A DNA stretch of 64,000 nucleotides from Schmidtea polychroa (GCA_044892525.1 CM097885.1:9364001-9428000), one strand, 5' to 3'; shown: positions 14,940 through 25,099, counted from the first letter of the stretch. Made by a program: numbers and translations. The notes: generated by a model not told the origin, from the sequence alone.

Positions 14940-15420
14940 GAAAAATTTTTTTACAATTGATAATGACTTAATTTTAGTCTTGCTGAATGAGGAATTTGTG
15001 TGTTCAGATAGATCCCATTACATTGGTCAGACTGTGATGGATCTATTTAAACTTAAAATGTACAAGCTGAAGCATGATGAGTTACAACAATATAGTAAGG
15101 AATTCAGCTGTGAAATTAGCATAATTGTTGGAAACACCGACTCCTTTTTCCTTGAAATAGAAAAATTATACACTTGATACACTTTTACTGTAAATGAAAA
15201 GAGATAACTTACCTGACACTTTCAATTATGATCCAATGTATTTGAGGAACCTTGATTCTGTCATTGGCAGGTTCAAAGACAACAATAATGGTCTTAAATA
15301 CAAGGAGTGTCGGTTTCTTAGATCTTTCTATAGTTTTTTGGACGATGAAGAAAATAAAAAACCTAAGAGTGTAACATAGAAGGTATTGCCAATAAGCATT
15401 AGTCTAGATTGTTATAAAAA
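14940..15420 (+). pseudogene. Polinton protein-primed DNA polymerase B, C-terminal remnant
   Basis: YIGQTVMDLFKLKMY, GNTDSFF (degenerate YxDTDS), IGRFKD..G..KE..FLRS.YS. Confidence 0.75.
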
Positions 15421-15689
15421 TAATCAAATTTTATCTTTCCTCAGTTAAGAATAACAAATAAAACTAACCAGTTGCTCCCGATTAAAAATAATCAAACCTC
15501 ATTAACCATAGCTGACCACCAAATGGTTGTGTGGTGCCCAATAAACTTTTGTCCAGAAAATTGCAATTATATTTATCTAGTGACGATTTTATTAAAAAAT
15601 CACCAAAACACTTTTTAGCACAAATTATTTTATTTCTCCCTTGACAAATATCAGTTCTTATTTCACCAAATAATTATAAAAATCACTTC

Positions 15690-15851
15690 AATAATCAATA
15701 ACTGCACGAATATCAATAATTTATAGGATTTCTATTGGATATAAATAATCAATAACTGCACGAATATCAATAATTTATAGGATTTCTATTGGATATAAAT
15801 AATCAATAACTGCACGAATATCAATAATTTATAGGATTTCTATTGGATATA
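15690..15851. repeat. Three identical 54-bp tandem repeats
   Basis: AATAATCAATAACTGCACGAATATCAATAATTTATAGGATTTCTATTGGATATA x3. Confidence 0.95.
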
Positions 15852-16177
15852 AATAATTAATAAACAAGCAATTATTTCCAGGTAGAAATTCAAATGAAAT
15901 TAATTGTAAAATTGTTGTTGGTGAGGATTTTTAATTGTTTTGAGCCGGTTCCTTCAGTTGTATGGTTGCGGTGCCGAATTTGACCCCGTTGGTGATAAAA
16001 TGATTCATTAAACTGAGCAAATCTGGATGAAGCTGTAATATGAAATTAGTTTTTAGGACTTTTGCAAGTGTAAGATTTAACTAAACTTTTAAATAATTAA
16101 AAACATTTAAAAAAGTAATAATAATAAATATAATAATATAAACATTACAAGCTTTGTGATACCCAGTGCAAATCTCA

Positions 16178-16219
16178 ATAGTAGACTAGTTTCGAGCTTT
16201 TGGCTCTCATCAATACTAT
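16178..16219 (-). ncRNA. Minimal type I hammerhead ribozyme motif (Penelope pLTR type)
   Basis: Minus strand ATAGTA-TTGATGA-GAGC CAAAA GCTC-GAAA-CTAG-TC-TACTAT: helix I, core (U3 instead of C3), helix II, palindromic helix III, GUC site. Confidence 0.75.
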
Positions 16220-16280
16220 GCAGGAGACGCGAAAATTTCTCTTTGCGCCAAGTAAGTATACAATATACAATTACAACAAC

Positions 16281-16590
16281 CGAGAAATAAATGTGCACAT
16301 TATGGGATCGATCCGGGGTGTGTTCGAAAGACTGGTGACGATAATTACCGGTTCGCCACCACACCCCGTTTCAATATTTTTTTTTTCATATTTATGTTTA
16401 AAAAATAATTAATTAATAAAAAAAATAAAATATACAAGATGTGTTTCCTAAGATACCCACACTATATATTTTTTTTAATATTTATTTTTAAAATTATTTT
16501 CAATATTATTTTCAAATTTTTAATATTATTTTATGTTGAAAAAAAACTAACCTCAGACATGATTTGAACCACTAGCATTTGAACCACTGT
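16281..16590 (+). repeat. Left 310-bp inverted repeat
   Basis: CGAGAAATAAATGTGCAC...GAACCACTGT. Confidence 0.95.
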
Positions 16591-16621
16591 GCCAGTCTAT
16601 TCCCACTGCGCTATCAGGGTT
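16539..16621 (-). ncRNA. Putative tRNA-like RNA polymerase III transcription unit
   Basis: A box TAGCGCAGTGG (16613-16603), B box GGTTCAAATC (16570-16561), T8 terminator, AACC/GGTT closing stem, internal ACTGGCA/TGCTAGT stem. Confidence 0.55.
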
Positions 16622-16712
16622 CTGATTTTTGTCATTTTTTTAAATTTTAATATATAAAAATGAATAATATAAATCTTAAAATTCAAGAAAAAAGTTGTGT
16701 AGTATGAACTCA

Positions 16713-16940
16713 TCATTCACAAGTATAAATCGATTCAAGTTCTTTAACTCTTTCCTGTAATTGTTTCATTTTCTTTAACCTTATCTCAGCAACTTCTACA
16801 GCTTTCATGTAAAAATGTCGATACTTTTCATTCTCTACCTCCAACTCTTCAATATATACTAATGGTTCTTCTCTTCTTTTCATTCTCTCAAGTTTAACTT
16901 CTTTCAATTCATTTCTCATTCTTTTAATTATATCATTCAT
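16713..16940 (-). CDS. Small coiled-coil-like protein of the Polinton unit (75 aa)
   Basis: Intact ORF, E/K-rich heptad-like pattern, preceded by TATAAAAATG like the MCP ORF. Confidence 0.55.
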   Translation of the reverse strand: MNDIIKRMRNELKEVKLERMKRREEPLVYIEELEVENEKYRHFYMKAVEVAEIRLKKMKQLQERVKELESIYTCE

Positions 16941-16986
16941 TTTTATAAATTATTTTTTACTGGTATATTAATTTTAATATATAAAA

Positions 16987-18273
16987 ATGAATAATATAAA
17001 AATTCAAGAAAAAAATAAATTAAATCTTGATTATAATAAAGAATTTACTCATGAAATCAAGAAAAATGATGTACTTAAAATCTCCTCAACTTCAGGATCT
17101 ATTGCAAACTTAAATCGTAGGGGTGATATAGTTTTTCAATCTCTTCAAACATCAAACCCTATAGATATTTGTAATGCCAAATTATATTATAAAATTGAAT
17201 TAGAAATTGAAGCAAACAAAGATATAACCCTAGAAAATAATTTCTTTCCAAATTTATTCTCCAACATGAGATTAAAACTAGGATCATCAGAAATTGAAAC
17301 TGTTTTACATCCAGGAGTATATTCTACAATGTTAAATTTTATTTTGACTGGTTGTGATTATAAAAACGAATATGGTGAATTAACAGGCTGGATTCCTGAT
17401 GTTAATAAAGGGGATTTAGATAAAGATGGTTTAGATTTAAATTATGGTTATTATAAAAGAGCTGAACTTTATAAATTTAAAAAATTTGAAGGTTATTTTG
17501 AATTAAAACATTTATTTGGATTCCTTCAAAACTATAATCGTATACTTCATAATGTTTTTATAGAATTAGTTTGTAATAGACTAGAAGGTGATAAAAGATT
17601 GTTCTATGGAGCTGCAGATACAAAAGCTAAATTAAAATTATCAACACTTGAATTGCATATACCTGAATGGACATTAAATCCACATTCTGAAATCAAACTC
17701 CTTGAAAAATTAAATTCCAACAAGTCTATAAATGTAAATTATTTAAATAGAATCTGTAGTGAATTTAGTATGACAGAGGGTTCAACATATTCTATAAAGG
17801 TAGCAAATTTAGCATACCGACCAAGATATATCTTGATTGGATTCAAAGAAGTAGATTCATCTTTCCAAAAAAATAACAATCTATTTATTCAAAAGATTGG
17901 AGATGATAATTTAAAAACAATCCAAATTCAATTAAATAATTCCTATTATCCAATAAATAGAATGGAGTTTAATATTGAAAAAAATGAAAACATATTCCCA
18001 TATTTAAATTATATTGAAACATGTCAAGACTTTAAAGTTGAACCACAATTAAGTCTAGAAGATTTCAAAAATTTATATTCTATATTTTGTATAAATGTAT
18101 CAGACCAAGATGATAGATTAGCCAAAAATAATGTTGATGTTACACTTCATGTAACAAAGGATTCTAATTTTAAAGCTAAAGTATATACATTAATATTAGA
18201 AGAAAAGAAAATAGAAATGAAATTGTATGGTGGAAAGATTTCAATAATTGAAAATGTCAGAGGTGATTCCTAG
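16987..18273 (+). CDS. Polinton major capsid protein (double jelly-roll), 428 aa
   Basis: Intact ORF; LENNFFPNLFSNMRLKLGSSEIE..HPG..STM, RPRYILIGF, IQLNNSYYP match Polinton MCP patterns; genomic context. Confidence 0.8.
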   Translation: MNNIKIQEKNKLNLDYNKEFTHEIKKNDVLKISSTSGSIANLNRRGDIVFQSLQTSNPIDICNAKLYYKIELEIEANKDITLENNFFPNLFSNMRLKLGSSEIETVLHPGVYSTMLNFILTGCDYKNEYGELTGWIPDVNKGDLDKDGLDLNYGYYKRAELYKFKKFEGYFELKHLFGFLQNYNRILHNVFIELVCNRLEGDKRLFYGAADTKAKLKLSTLELHIPEWTLNPHSEIKLLEKLNSNKSINVNYLNRICSEFSMTEGSTYSIKVANLAYRPRYILIGFKEVDSSFQKNNNLFIQKIGDDNLKTIQIQLNNSYYPINRMEFNIEKNENIFPYLNYIETCQDFKVEPQLSLEDFKNLYSIFCINVSDQDDRLAKNNVDVTLHVTKDSNFKAKVYTLILEEKKIEMKLYGGKISIIENVRGDS

Positions 18274-18301
18274 AGAGTTTCTCTAAATATCTATAAATAA
18301 A

Positions 18302-18766
18302 ATGTCTCTAAGTAAACCATATTGGAAATGTGAAACCTGCCAGTGTCAAGTTAGAAAACATCATAAAGGAAGCCATGTTAAAACTAAAAAACATTTAGCT
18401 CGATTAAATAATATTTTCAAAGAAACTCCAATGAATAATAATTTATGGTTAGAGTATAATCCTTCAACCAGATTCGCTTTTGAAAAAGAAGGAGCTGGAG
18501 GTGACCTACAATCTTCAAAAACAACATCTTCAATATTAAAACCCTTTACTACAGAAAAATATCCAGGCGAAAGACATTTATTCCGTCACAACTATACCGG
18601 ACCAGGAACACGTCTAGATATTAGATTAGATGAAAATAATAATCCCAAACAAGGAGAAGAACCAATAAATAGAATTGATCAAGCAGCTTTAAAACATGAC
18701 ATTGCATACAATTCAGAAGATCTTAGAGATAGACATGTTGCTGATGTTAATTTAATACATGATTAA
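18302..18766 (+). CDS. Zinc finger plus parvovirus-VP1-type phospholipase A2 domain protein
   Basis: CETC..HVKTKKH zinc finger; HNYTGPGT Ca-loop and NRIDQAALKHDIAY catalytic HD motif; in frame with the integrase past a single TAA. Confidence 0.85.
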   Translation: MSLSKPYWKCETCQCQVRKHHKGSHVKTKKHLARLNNIFKETPMNNNLWLEYNPSTRFAFEKEGAGGDLQSSKTTSSILKPFTTEKYPGERHLFRHNYTGPGTRLDIRLDENNNPKQGEEPINRIDQAALKHDIAYNSEDLRDRHVADVNLIHD

Positions 18767-18826
18767 AATAATATACAAAATCCATCAACCCAAGAAAAGA
18801 TTCAAAGAGCTCTAGTTAAATTAGCA

Positions 18827-19762
18827 ATGAAAGGTAAGATTTTTATAGGTGCAGGACTTCCTAGAATAGCAAAAGATGTTGCTAATAAAAAGATTATTGA
18901 ACAAGCAGACGCTGAAAGATCCCTTGAGAATATATCCAAGACTAGTTTATTAACCCCAACAGAATCAGAAATAAAATATGCTAATGAATTACACCATGAA
19001 TTTAGAAAAAATAAAAAATATTTAAAAGTTCAAGTACATGAAAAAGATCAAACATGGTCTGCTGATTTAGTCTTTATGCCCAAATCATCAAACCCTGAAA
19101 AATATAAAATAATTTTAACAGTAATAGATTTATATACAAGATTTGCTTTTGCAAGATGTTTAGAAAATAAAACAGGATATTCCATTACAGAAGCATTTGA
19201 AAATATATTTGAACAACATCAAAGAATTCCAAAATATTTATGGTGTGATAAAGGAACAGAATTTTATAACAAAGTTTTTACAAAGTTTTTAAATGAAAAT
19301 GATATTAAATTATATTCAACAGAAAACGAAGGAAAAGCAGTTGTAGTTGAAAGATTAAATAGAACATTAAAAAATAAAATGTGGAAATATTTTACTGCTA
19401 TTGGAAAACAAAAATGGAACAATGAATTGTTACAAAAGATTGTAAATGAATATAATAATGATGTACATAGTTCTATAAAATCAACACCTTTAAATGCTTC
19501 CTTGAATCCTTTGGAACTCGTGAATCCTGAAATAGTTAAAGTGGTAAATGAAAAACAAAAATTTAAAATTGGTGACCGCGTAAGAATATTTAAATATAAA
19601 AATAAATTTGAAAAAGGATTCACAGCAAAATGGACAAATGAAATTTTTATTATAAATAAAATACATCATACAATTCCAATAACATATGGTATCATCGATT
19701 TAAATAATGAAAAAATATTAGGTAGATTTTACAATAATGAACTACAGAAAACAAGTTTCTAA
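18827..19762 (+). CDS. Polinton retroviral-type (rve) integrase
   Basis: DDE triad WSADLV / WCDKGTEF / VERLNRTLK; KFKIGDRVRI...FEKGFTAKWTNEIF; no chromodomain. Confidence 0.9.
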   Translation: MKGKIFIGAGLPRIAKDVANKKIIEQADAERSLENISKTSLLTPTESEIKYANELHHEFRKNKKYLKVQVHEKDQTWSADLVFMPKSSNPEKYKIILTVIDLYTRFAFARCLENKTGYSITEAFENIFEQHQRIPKYLWCDKGTEFYNKVFTKFLNENDIKLYSTENEGKAVVVERLNRTLKNKMWKYFTAIGKQKWNNELLQKIVNEYNNDVHSSIKSTPLNASLNPLELVNPEIVKVVNEKQKFKIGDRVRIFKYKNKFEKGFTAKWTNEIFIINKIHHTIPITYGIIDLNNEKILGRFYNNELQKTSF

Positions 19763-19763
19763 A

Positions 19764-20360
19764 TCAAAACAAACTTTTCTTCATTTCAGCTTCTTCTCTA
19801 TCCAAATAAATATAATTATATTTTTCTTTCCAATGATTATCAACAAACATATCAAACATATTCTTATCAGGTTCAACATTTGAAAATAAATCATTATAAA
19901 TCATATTCTTGTCCCGTCGATCTAATTTAAAAAATATAAAACAATTAGAATTATTTCTTATAGAGTTTTTATCCAAAGCATAATAAGTTTGAGATATATA
20001 AATAACATTACAATTATTATTCCGTCCTCGTGTAAAGTAACTCTTTTGAATCTCTTGGTTTTTCATGTTGACAACATCATCAAATATAACTAAATTCTTT
20101 TTATTTCTAGGAAGTAAATCACAATGTAAAACATCTTCAGGTTTATTAGAGAATAAAACTTGAATCCCATGGTCTTCACAAATATAATCGTTGTTATTAC
20201 TAATATCTGATTCCATGATCTTTTCCTTGTACCAATCAACCATATCACAAGGTTGAAAAACTTCTTCAGGACATCTATGTTGGTTTTTAAAAATATCAAT
20301 TATTGCTTTTTTAGTTAATTTATTTTCAAATCCACATTTCAAAAGTTGTAATTCCGGTTG
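19764..20360 (-). pseudogene. 5'-truncated Polinton A32-like packaging ATPase
   Basis: KNLVIFDDV (Walker B), FTRGRNNNCNVIYISQTY, IRNNSN; Walker A missing, cut at ~20360. Confidence 0.85.
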
Positions 20361-20719
20361 ATTAATGGTTGTAGAATTAAAGAAGGTGGCATTCTTCCAT
20401 TAGCTGCTTTAATACCTGCAATCATTGCTGGTTTATCAGGTGCTGCTGGAATATCTGGAGGAATTGCAACTACAGCTCAAAAAGCTAAAGAATCTCAAAA
20501 GACAGACCTAGAAAAAGAAAAACTACAAACTGAAATCGATTCAATGAAGAAGAAGGGAGGGTCCGTTGGAAAAGGTCTTTATCTTAATCCATATGAAGGT
20601 CAAAAGTCCGAAGGTTAAAAGTCTGTTGGAAAGGGTCTTTATCTTGATCCTTATAAAGGCAGAGGTTTAAATGATTTTTTAAAAAATCAAATTTCTACAT
20701 CTGAATCTTTATCTTCAAA
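20358..20719 (+). pseudogene. Polinton Gly/Ala-rich virion core or membrane-active protein fragment
   Basis: EGGILPLAALIPAIIAGLSGAAGISGG and repeated GKGLYL(N/D)PY motifs; 5'-truncated, one internal stop, ends at the right IR. Confidence 0.6.
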
Positions 20720-21029
20720 ACAGTGGTTCAAATGCTAGTGGTTCAAATCATGTCTGAGGTTAGTTTTTTTTCAACATAAAATAATATTAAAAATTTGAAA
20801 ATAATATTGAAAATAATTTTAAAAATAAATATTAAAAAAAATATATAGTGTGGGTATCTTAGGAAACACATCTTGTATATTTTATTTTTTTTATTAATTA
20901 ATTATTTTTTAAACATAAATATGAAAAAAAAAATATTGAAACGGGGTGTGGTGGCGAACCGGTAATTATCGTCACCAGTCTTTCGAACACACCCCGGATC
21001 GATCCCATAATGTGCACATTTATTTCTCG
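20720..21029 (-). repeat. Right 310-bp inverted repeat
   Basis: Reverse complement of 16281-16590. Confidence 0.95.
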
Positions 21030-21421
21030 TTTGTTTTCGGACCTCTTTCGGATTCACTTTCGAATTCATTTGTACTTTCGAGCAGCACACTTAAAACGCC
21101 GATGAAATCGACTTCGTGAGCGAGAAGCGAATAATAAGGTGTGCTGCTATTATCGAATTGATTCTGATGTATGAGTCTGGCCAGCTTGTATATTGGAAGA
21201 GATTTGATAAACGAAAGTGGTTGAAATTGATAAATAAAAAAAAATGATCCGGATCAAAAAAAACTGTTGAGAGGACAGTGGAAAAAAAAAATAAAAAAAA
21301 AGATACCACTGTCCTCTCAGAGCAGTTTTACTATTTTCATAAATTTTTATGATGTTTTTATAATGTTTTTATTTTTTATTTTTTAATTAGTCAACTAGCA
21401 AGTTGCTATTTGACATCCTCA

Positions 21422-21695
21422 AGTAGTGTGGTTATATACCCAACCAAAATAGCCCTCTAACTTTTTCATAATACCATTTTCTTTTCTATTCTCTTTATGT
21501 TTTTAGTTTGAGGCTTTTGAGTTTGAGGCTTTAAAGATTAAAACAGTTAGAGTCATTAAGGGTGGTTGTTTTCAAAATATAGGGTTAAAATACTATAAAA
21601 GTATAAGTTTTAGGTTGTTTTTCTAATAGCTTAAGTGATTTGGAGGTATGTTTTTGTTGGGGGGCTGTTTTGGTTGGGTATATAACCACACTACT
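21422..21695. mobile_element. Small TIR element with AGTAGT termini
   Basis: 34-bp TIRs AGTAGTGTGGTTATATACCCAACCAAAATAGCCC / GGGCTGTTTTGGTTGGGTATATAACCACACTACT (1 mismatch); no TSD seen. Confidence 0.6.
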
Positions 21696-22588
21696 GATAT
21701 GATAACGGTTCAATAAGTCCGGATCTTCTCAAAAATTTGAAAAAAAGAGTCTATAAACAATGAAATCATGAGATAATGGATTTATTACAAAGTTTAAAGG
21801 ATCCAAACATGGTACAAGCATATAATACAATGAGAATCATACTGAATGTCAAGAACATACATCACAAGAAGAAACTCCCGAATGATTTTTTCTCGAATAC
21901 AGAAAACGACCGTTCCGTCCCGTTTTTAAAGAAAAAATAACGAAATGAAAAAATGCCGTTTTTCAGAAACCCTAGTTTCAATGAAGTTAATGAAATTTAA
22001 CTTTATGCTTGTGAAATTTTTAAAAATATACTGTAGTGCCTCTGACATTCAAATTAATAAATATACTAATTTAATAATGAAGTTTAGAGATTGTGCTCGA
22101 GAATTTGCATTATTTTGGATTTCTCATTCTCGAGAATTGTTATTTTCAAGATTCTGATTTCTCGAGAATATTTTTTAAATTCACACAAACAAAATTAGCT
22201 GTAATTATACTCAACAAAAATATTAAAAATGTGGTAATCCTCTGCGAATTTCGGGTATTTACTAGGGACCTAATGAATATAGAAATTAAAATTAAAAACT
22301 TTAGCCATCTTATTCAACAAGTAGATAAAAAAGGACTTTCTATGGAATTTGTTTTGGTTTTAGCGGACGTAATAAGTTTGAACGCCGACAATTCATGTGA
22401 AAATTGCGATTATGCGAATATCGGACACTAGAACTTTATTTCAATATTTTGCTTTCCTGGTATTTGAAATATTGTTATTCTATCAATCTCAATTTGTTAT
22501 TTTTATTAATTTGATGTACATTTTTGTTGGTGTTTTAATAATATATATTGTAAGCAAAATAATGTTGTAATAACAATTTATATTTTAA

Positions 22589-24805
22589 CCTTCAAATGGT
22601 ATTCATTTGTACCAACGCTAACCGCGTTAAGGACAAAATTGTCTACCATATATTTTTTGTATCAAAATGTAACAAAAACAAAATTTTTTTAAGTTCATTA
22701 GTTTTTTATTTACATTCAAATATATAAAACAAAAATAAAAATTCAAAAAACTATTCAAAATTTTAACCAAAATAATATAAAATGAACTTAACATAATAAA
22801 TTTCTTTAATTTTTCAATTATTATGACAAGCAGGACAAATATATTTTACATGGTTTTTGCATACATAATTTTTACATTTATTACATTTTATTGTGGTTTT
22901 CCCCGTTCTGATAGGACAAGTAGAACACATGCCTCTTTTCGAAGCTGTAGGCTTCGAAGATCCGCCAGCATCATCTTGGTTTCTTTGAGCTCCCTGAATA
23001 ATATTTCTCGCGGCAAGTCCTCTAGGTAAATGTTGTCGGCTTAGCATTTGAGGTTTTATCAAACTATCACCTAATTTTTCCAAAAATAAACGTCTCTTAC
23101 TCAAACTATTACAATTCCAAGATAAATCAACTTCCTTGTAAAGTACGAAAGCATTGTAAGCAGATATATCTAACATATTGCAAAAAACAACGAATGGCCA
23201 TCTTCTAGATTTTCTTTTCGTAGAATAACAGGATACCATTTTATCTAAAGTATCCACTCCGCCTTTTGTGGCATTATAATATTTGATAATTTCAGGTTTA
23301 CGTTGAGGTTCATTAGTTATAACTTCATCAGACAAATGTAGAGTACTTTGCATCACTACGCATCGATATTTTTTAGGTACATAAGATACTAGTGTTGTAT
23401 CTTTTGTAAAAACAAATTTTGATGTATATTGTGGCAAAGATCTTGTATTCAAAATTTCTGGTGGGATTGTTGGTTTATTTTTTCTTAGTGTACCCACCAT
23501 TATTATAGATTTTTCCAGGAGTTTTTGGCCAAGCTGATATGATGTGAAAAAATTGTCGAGTGTTATGTTGTGACCTTTGAGACCCCTCACTAAATCTATT
23601 ACAATTCTCATACCTTGATTTGTTTCGGGAGCAGCATCCGGTTGTTTTCCTAAATATGGCTGTATTTTCCAAGCGTAGTAAGACTTGCTGCAAGCTGCAA
23701 TCCAAATATTTAATCCCATATTTCGCAGGTTTATTTTTCATATATTGGCGAAAAGGACATCGACCACGAAAACCAAGTAGTTGTTCGTCAACTGTCACAT
23801 TCTCTGATGGATTATAAAACATGGGTAACCTTTCACTCCATGCATCCCACAATTCTCGGGATTGGCATTTGTCATTCATACGTCTTTTTGACCGGGTTTC
23901 TTTTTTATCAAATCTAAGAATTTTTGAAATATTTTCAAATCTTTTCAATGGCATGGTTGCACGTAACAAAGGTCTACCCGTAGTTTCATGCCATAAGCTT
24001 TCAGTTGCTTCATTTTTTGACTTATAAACCCCCACTAAAATCAAGCATCCAAAATAGGAATAAAGTTCAGTTGCATCCAAATCCTTCCAACTATCTCCAA
24101 AAACGGTGTTTCCTTCACTGTTTGAGTTTTTCAAAATCATATTTTCAATAGCTTTCGGAAAAAATATCATGAATGCACTGTTTATATCAGTGATTCGGCT
24201 AGCTGCATACCTAGTAATTCCCGGAGTCATATTCAATATATTTTCTGCTCGATTGCGATACAAATTGGTACTAACAGGTTTTTGATGCCACAATACTGTC
24301 TTATCTTTCGATAAAAAACTATTTGGCTGTACATCGCCTAAACTTTCCTGATCAGAACTCGAATACTCGCTATCATTAAAAACATGGTCATCATCAGATG
24401 GATCACCTTCGCTACCACTAAAAACTAAATCTTGAATTTCTTCATCGGTTAAATTTTGATGTGTCATCATTTTGAAAACCCACAAAATAATAATTTAGAA
24501 CAAATAACATATGTTTGTTGCAAACATATGTCAAATCAAAAATCATATGTTTGTTGTAAACAGGTAAAAACAAATCATGTTTGAACTGGAATTTCATTAT
24601 AGACATTTTTGTCCACATTACGGTCAATGTGCATTTATTTATACCTAGAAATCTGTATAACACCATAAAATAAATTAAGCGGCAAATTATTAATTAAAAA
24701 AAAAGAATTTACATTGAAAAATTTTTCAAACTTAAGTTTGTATTCAGGCGTTATTTACATTTAAAAAATAATTTTGACAAAAATGTCCACAATACCATAT
24801 AAAGG
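22589..24805 (-). mobile_element. Near full-length piggyBac transposon
   Basis: TTAA on both sides; TIRs CCTTCAAATGGTATT / AATACCATATAAAGG. Confidence 0.92.
22814..24468 (-). pseudogene. piggyBac transposase with one frameshift (~23715)
   Basis: VDEQL..FRGRCPFRQYM.NKPAKYG, LDNFFTS, YNATKGGVDTLD, C-terminal Cys-rich domain. Confidence 0.9.
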
Positions 24806-25099
24806 TTAAATACACATTTTTAAATTCGTAAAAGTAATATAAAAAATTAATGTTTTTTCTTCTATGTGCATGCTGTATAATTTGTGATATAATACATTAT
24901 TGTATAAGATAAAAAATTTTGTTCGACTTATTTTGTGAAATTTTAAACCAGTGTTTGAAGTTGAAGTTCGGGTAAAGTTCATTGAATATGACATTTTTTA
25001 TAAAATAAATTAAATATGTTATAATTCCAGTCTCATAATTAGTCATTATAATAATGAAGATTATTATAAGAACTTTTATTTCTTCCAATTTCACCACTG

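Larger units (their letters stand above)
16281..21029. mobile_element. Internally deleted Polinton/Maverick (adintovirus-like) unit with 310-bp inverted repeats
   Basis: 16281-16590 and 20720-21029 are near-identical reverse complements. They enclose MCP, PLA2, integrase, a truncated ATPase and a core-protein fragment. Confidence 0.9.

Noticed and set aside
15690..15851. CRISPR-like array (also 45715-45940)
   Set aside because: Contiguous tandem units with no unique spacers; eukaryotic context, no cas genes
16547..16621. Bona fide tRNA gene
   Set aside because: A and B boxes present, but no canonical D-arm, anticodon loop or 7-bp acceptor stem
16261..21050. Target-site duplication around the Polinton unit
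   Set aside because: Flanks (TTACAACAAC vs TTTGTTTTCG) share no direct repeat; the true termini are probably missing
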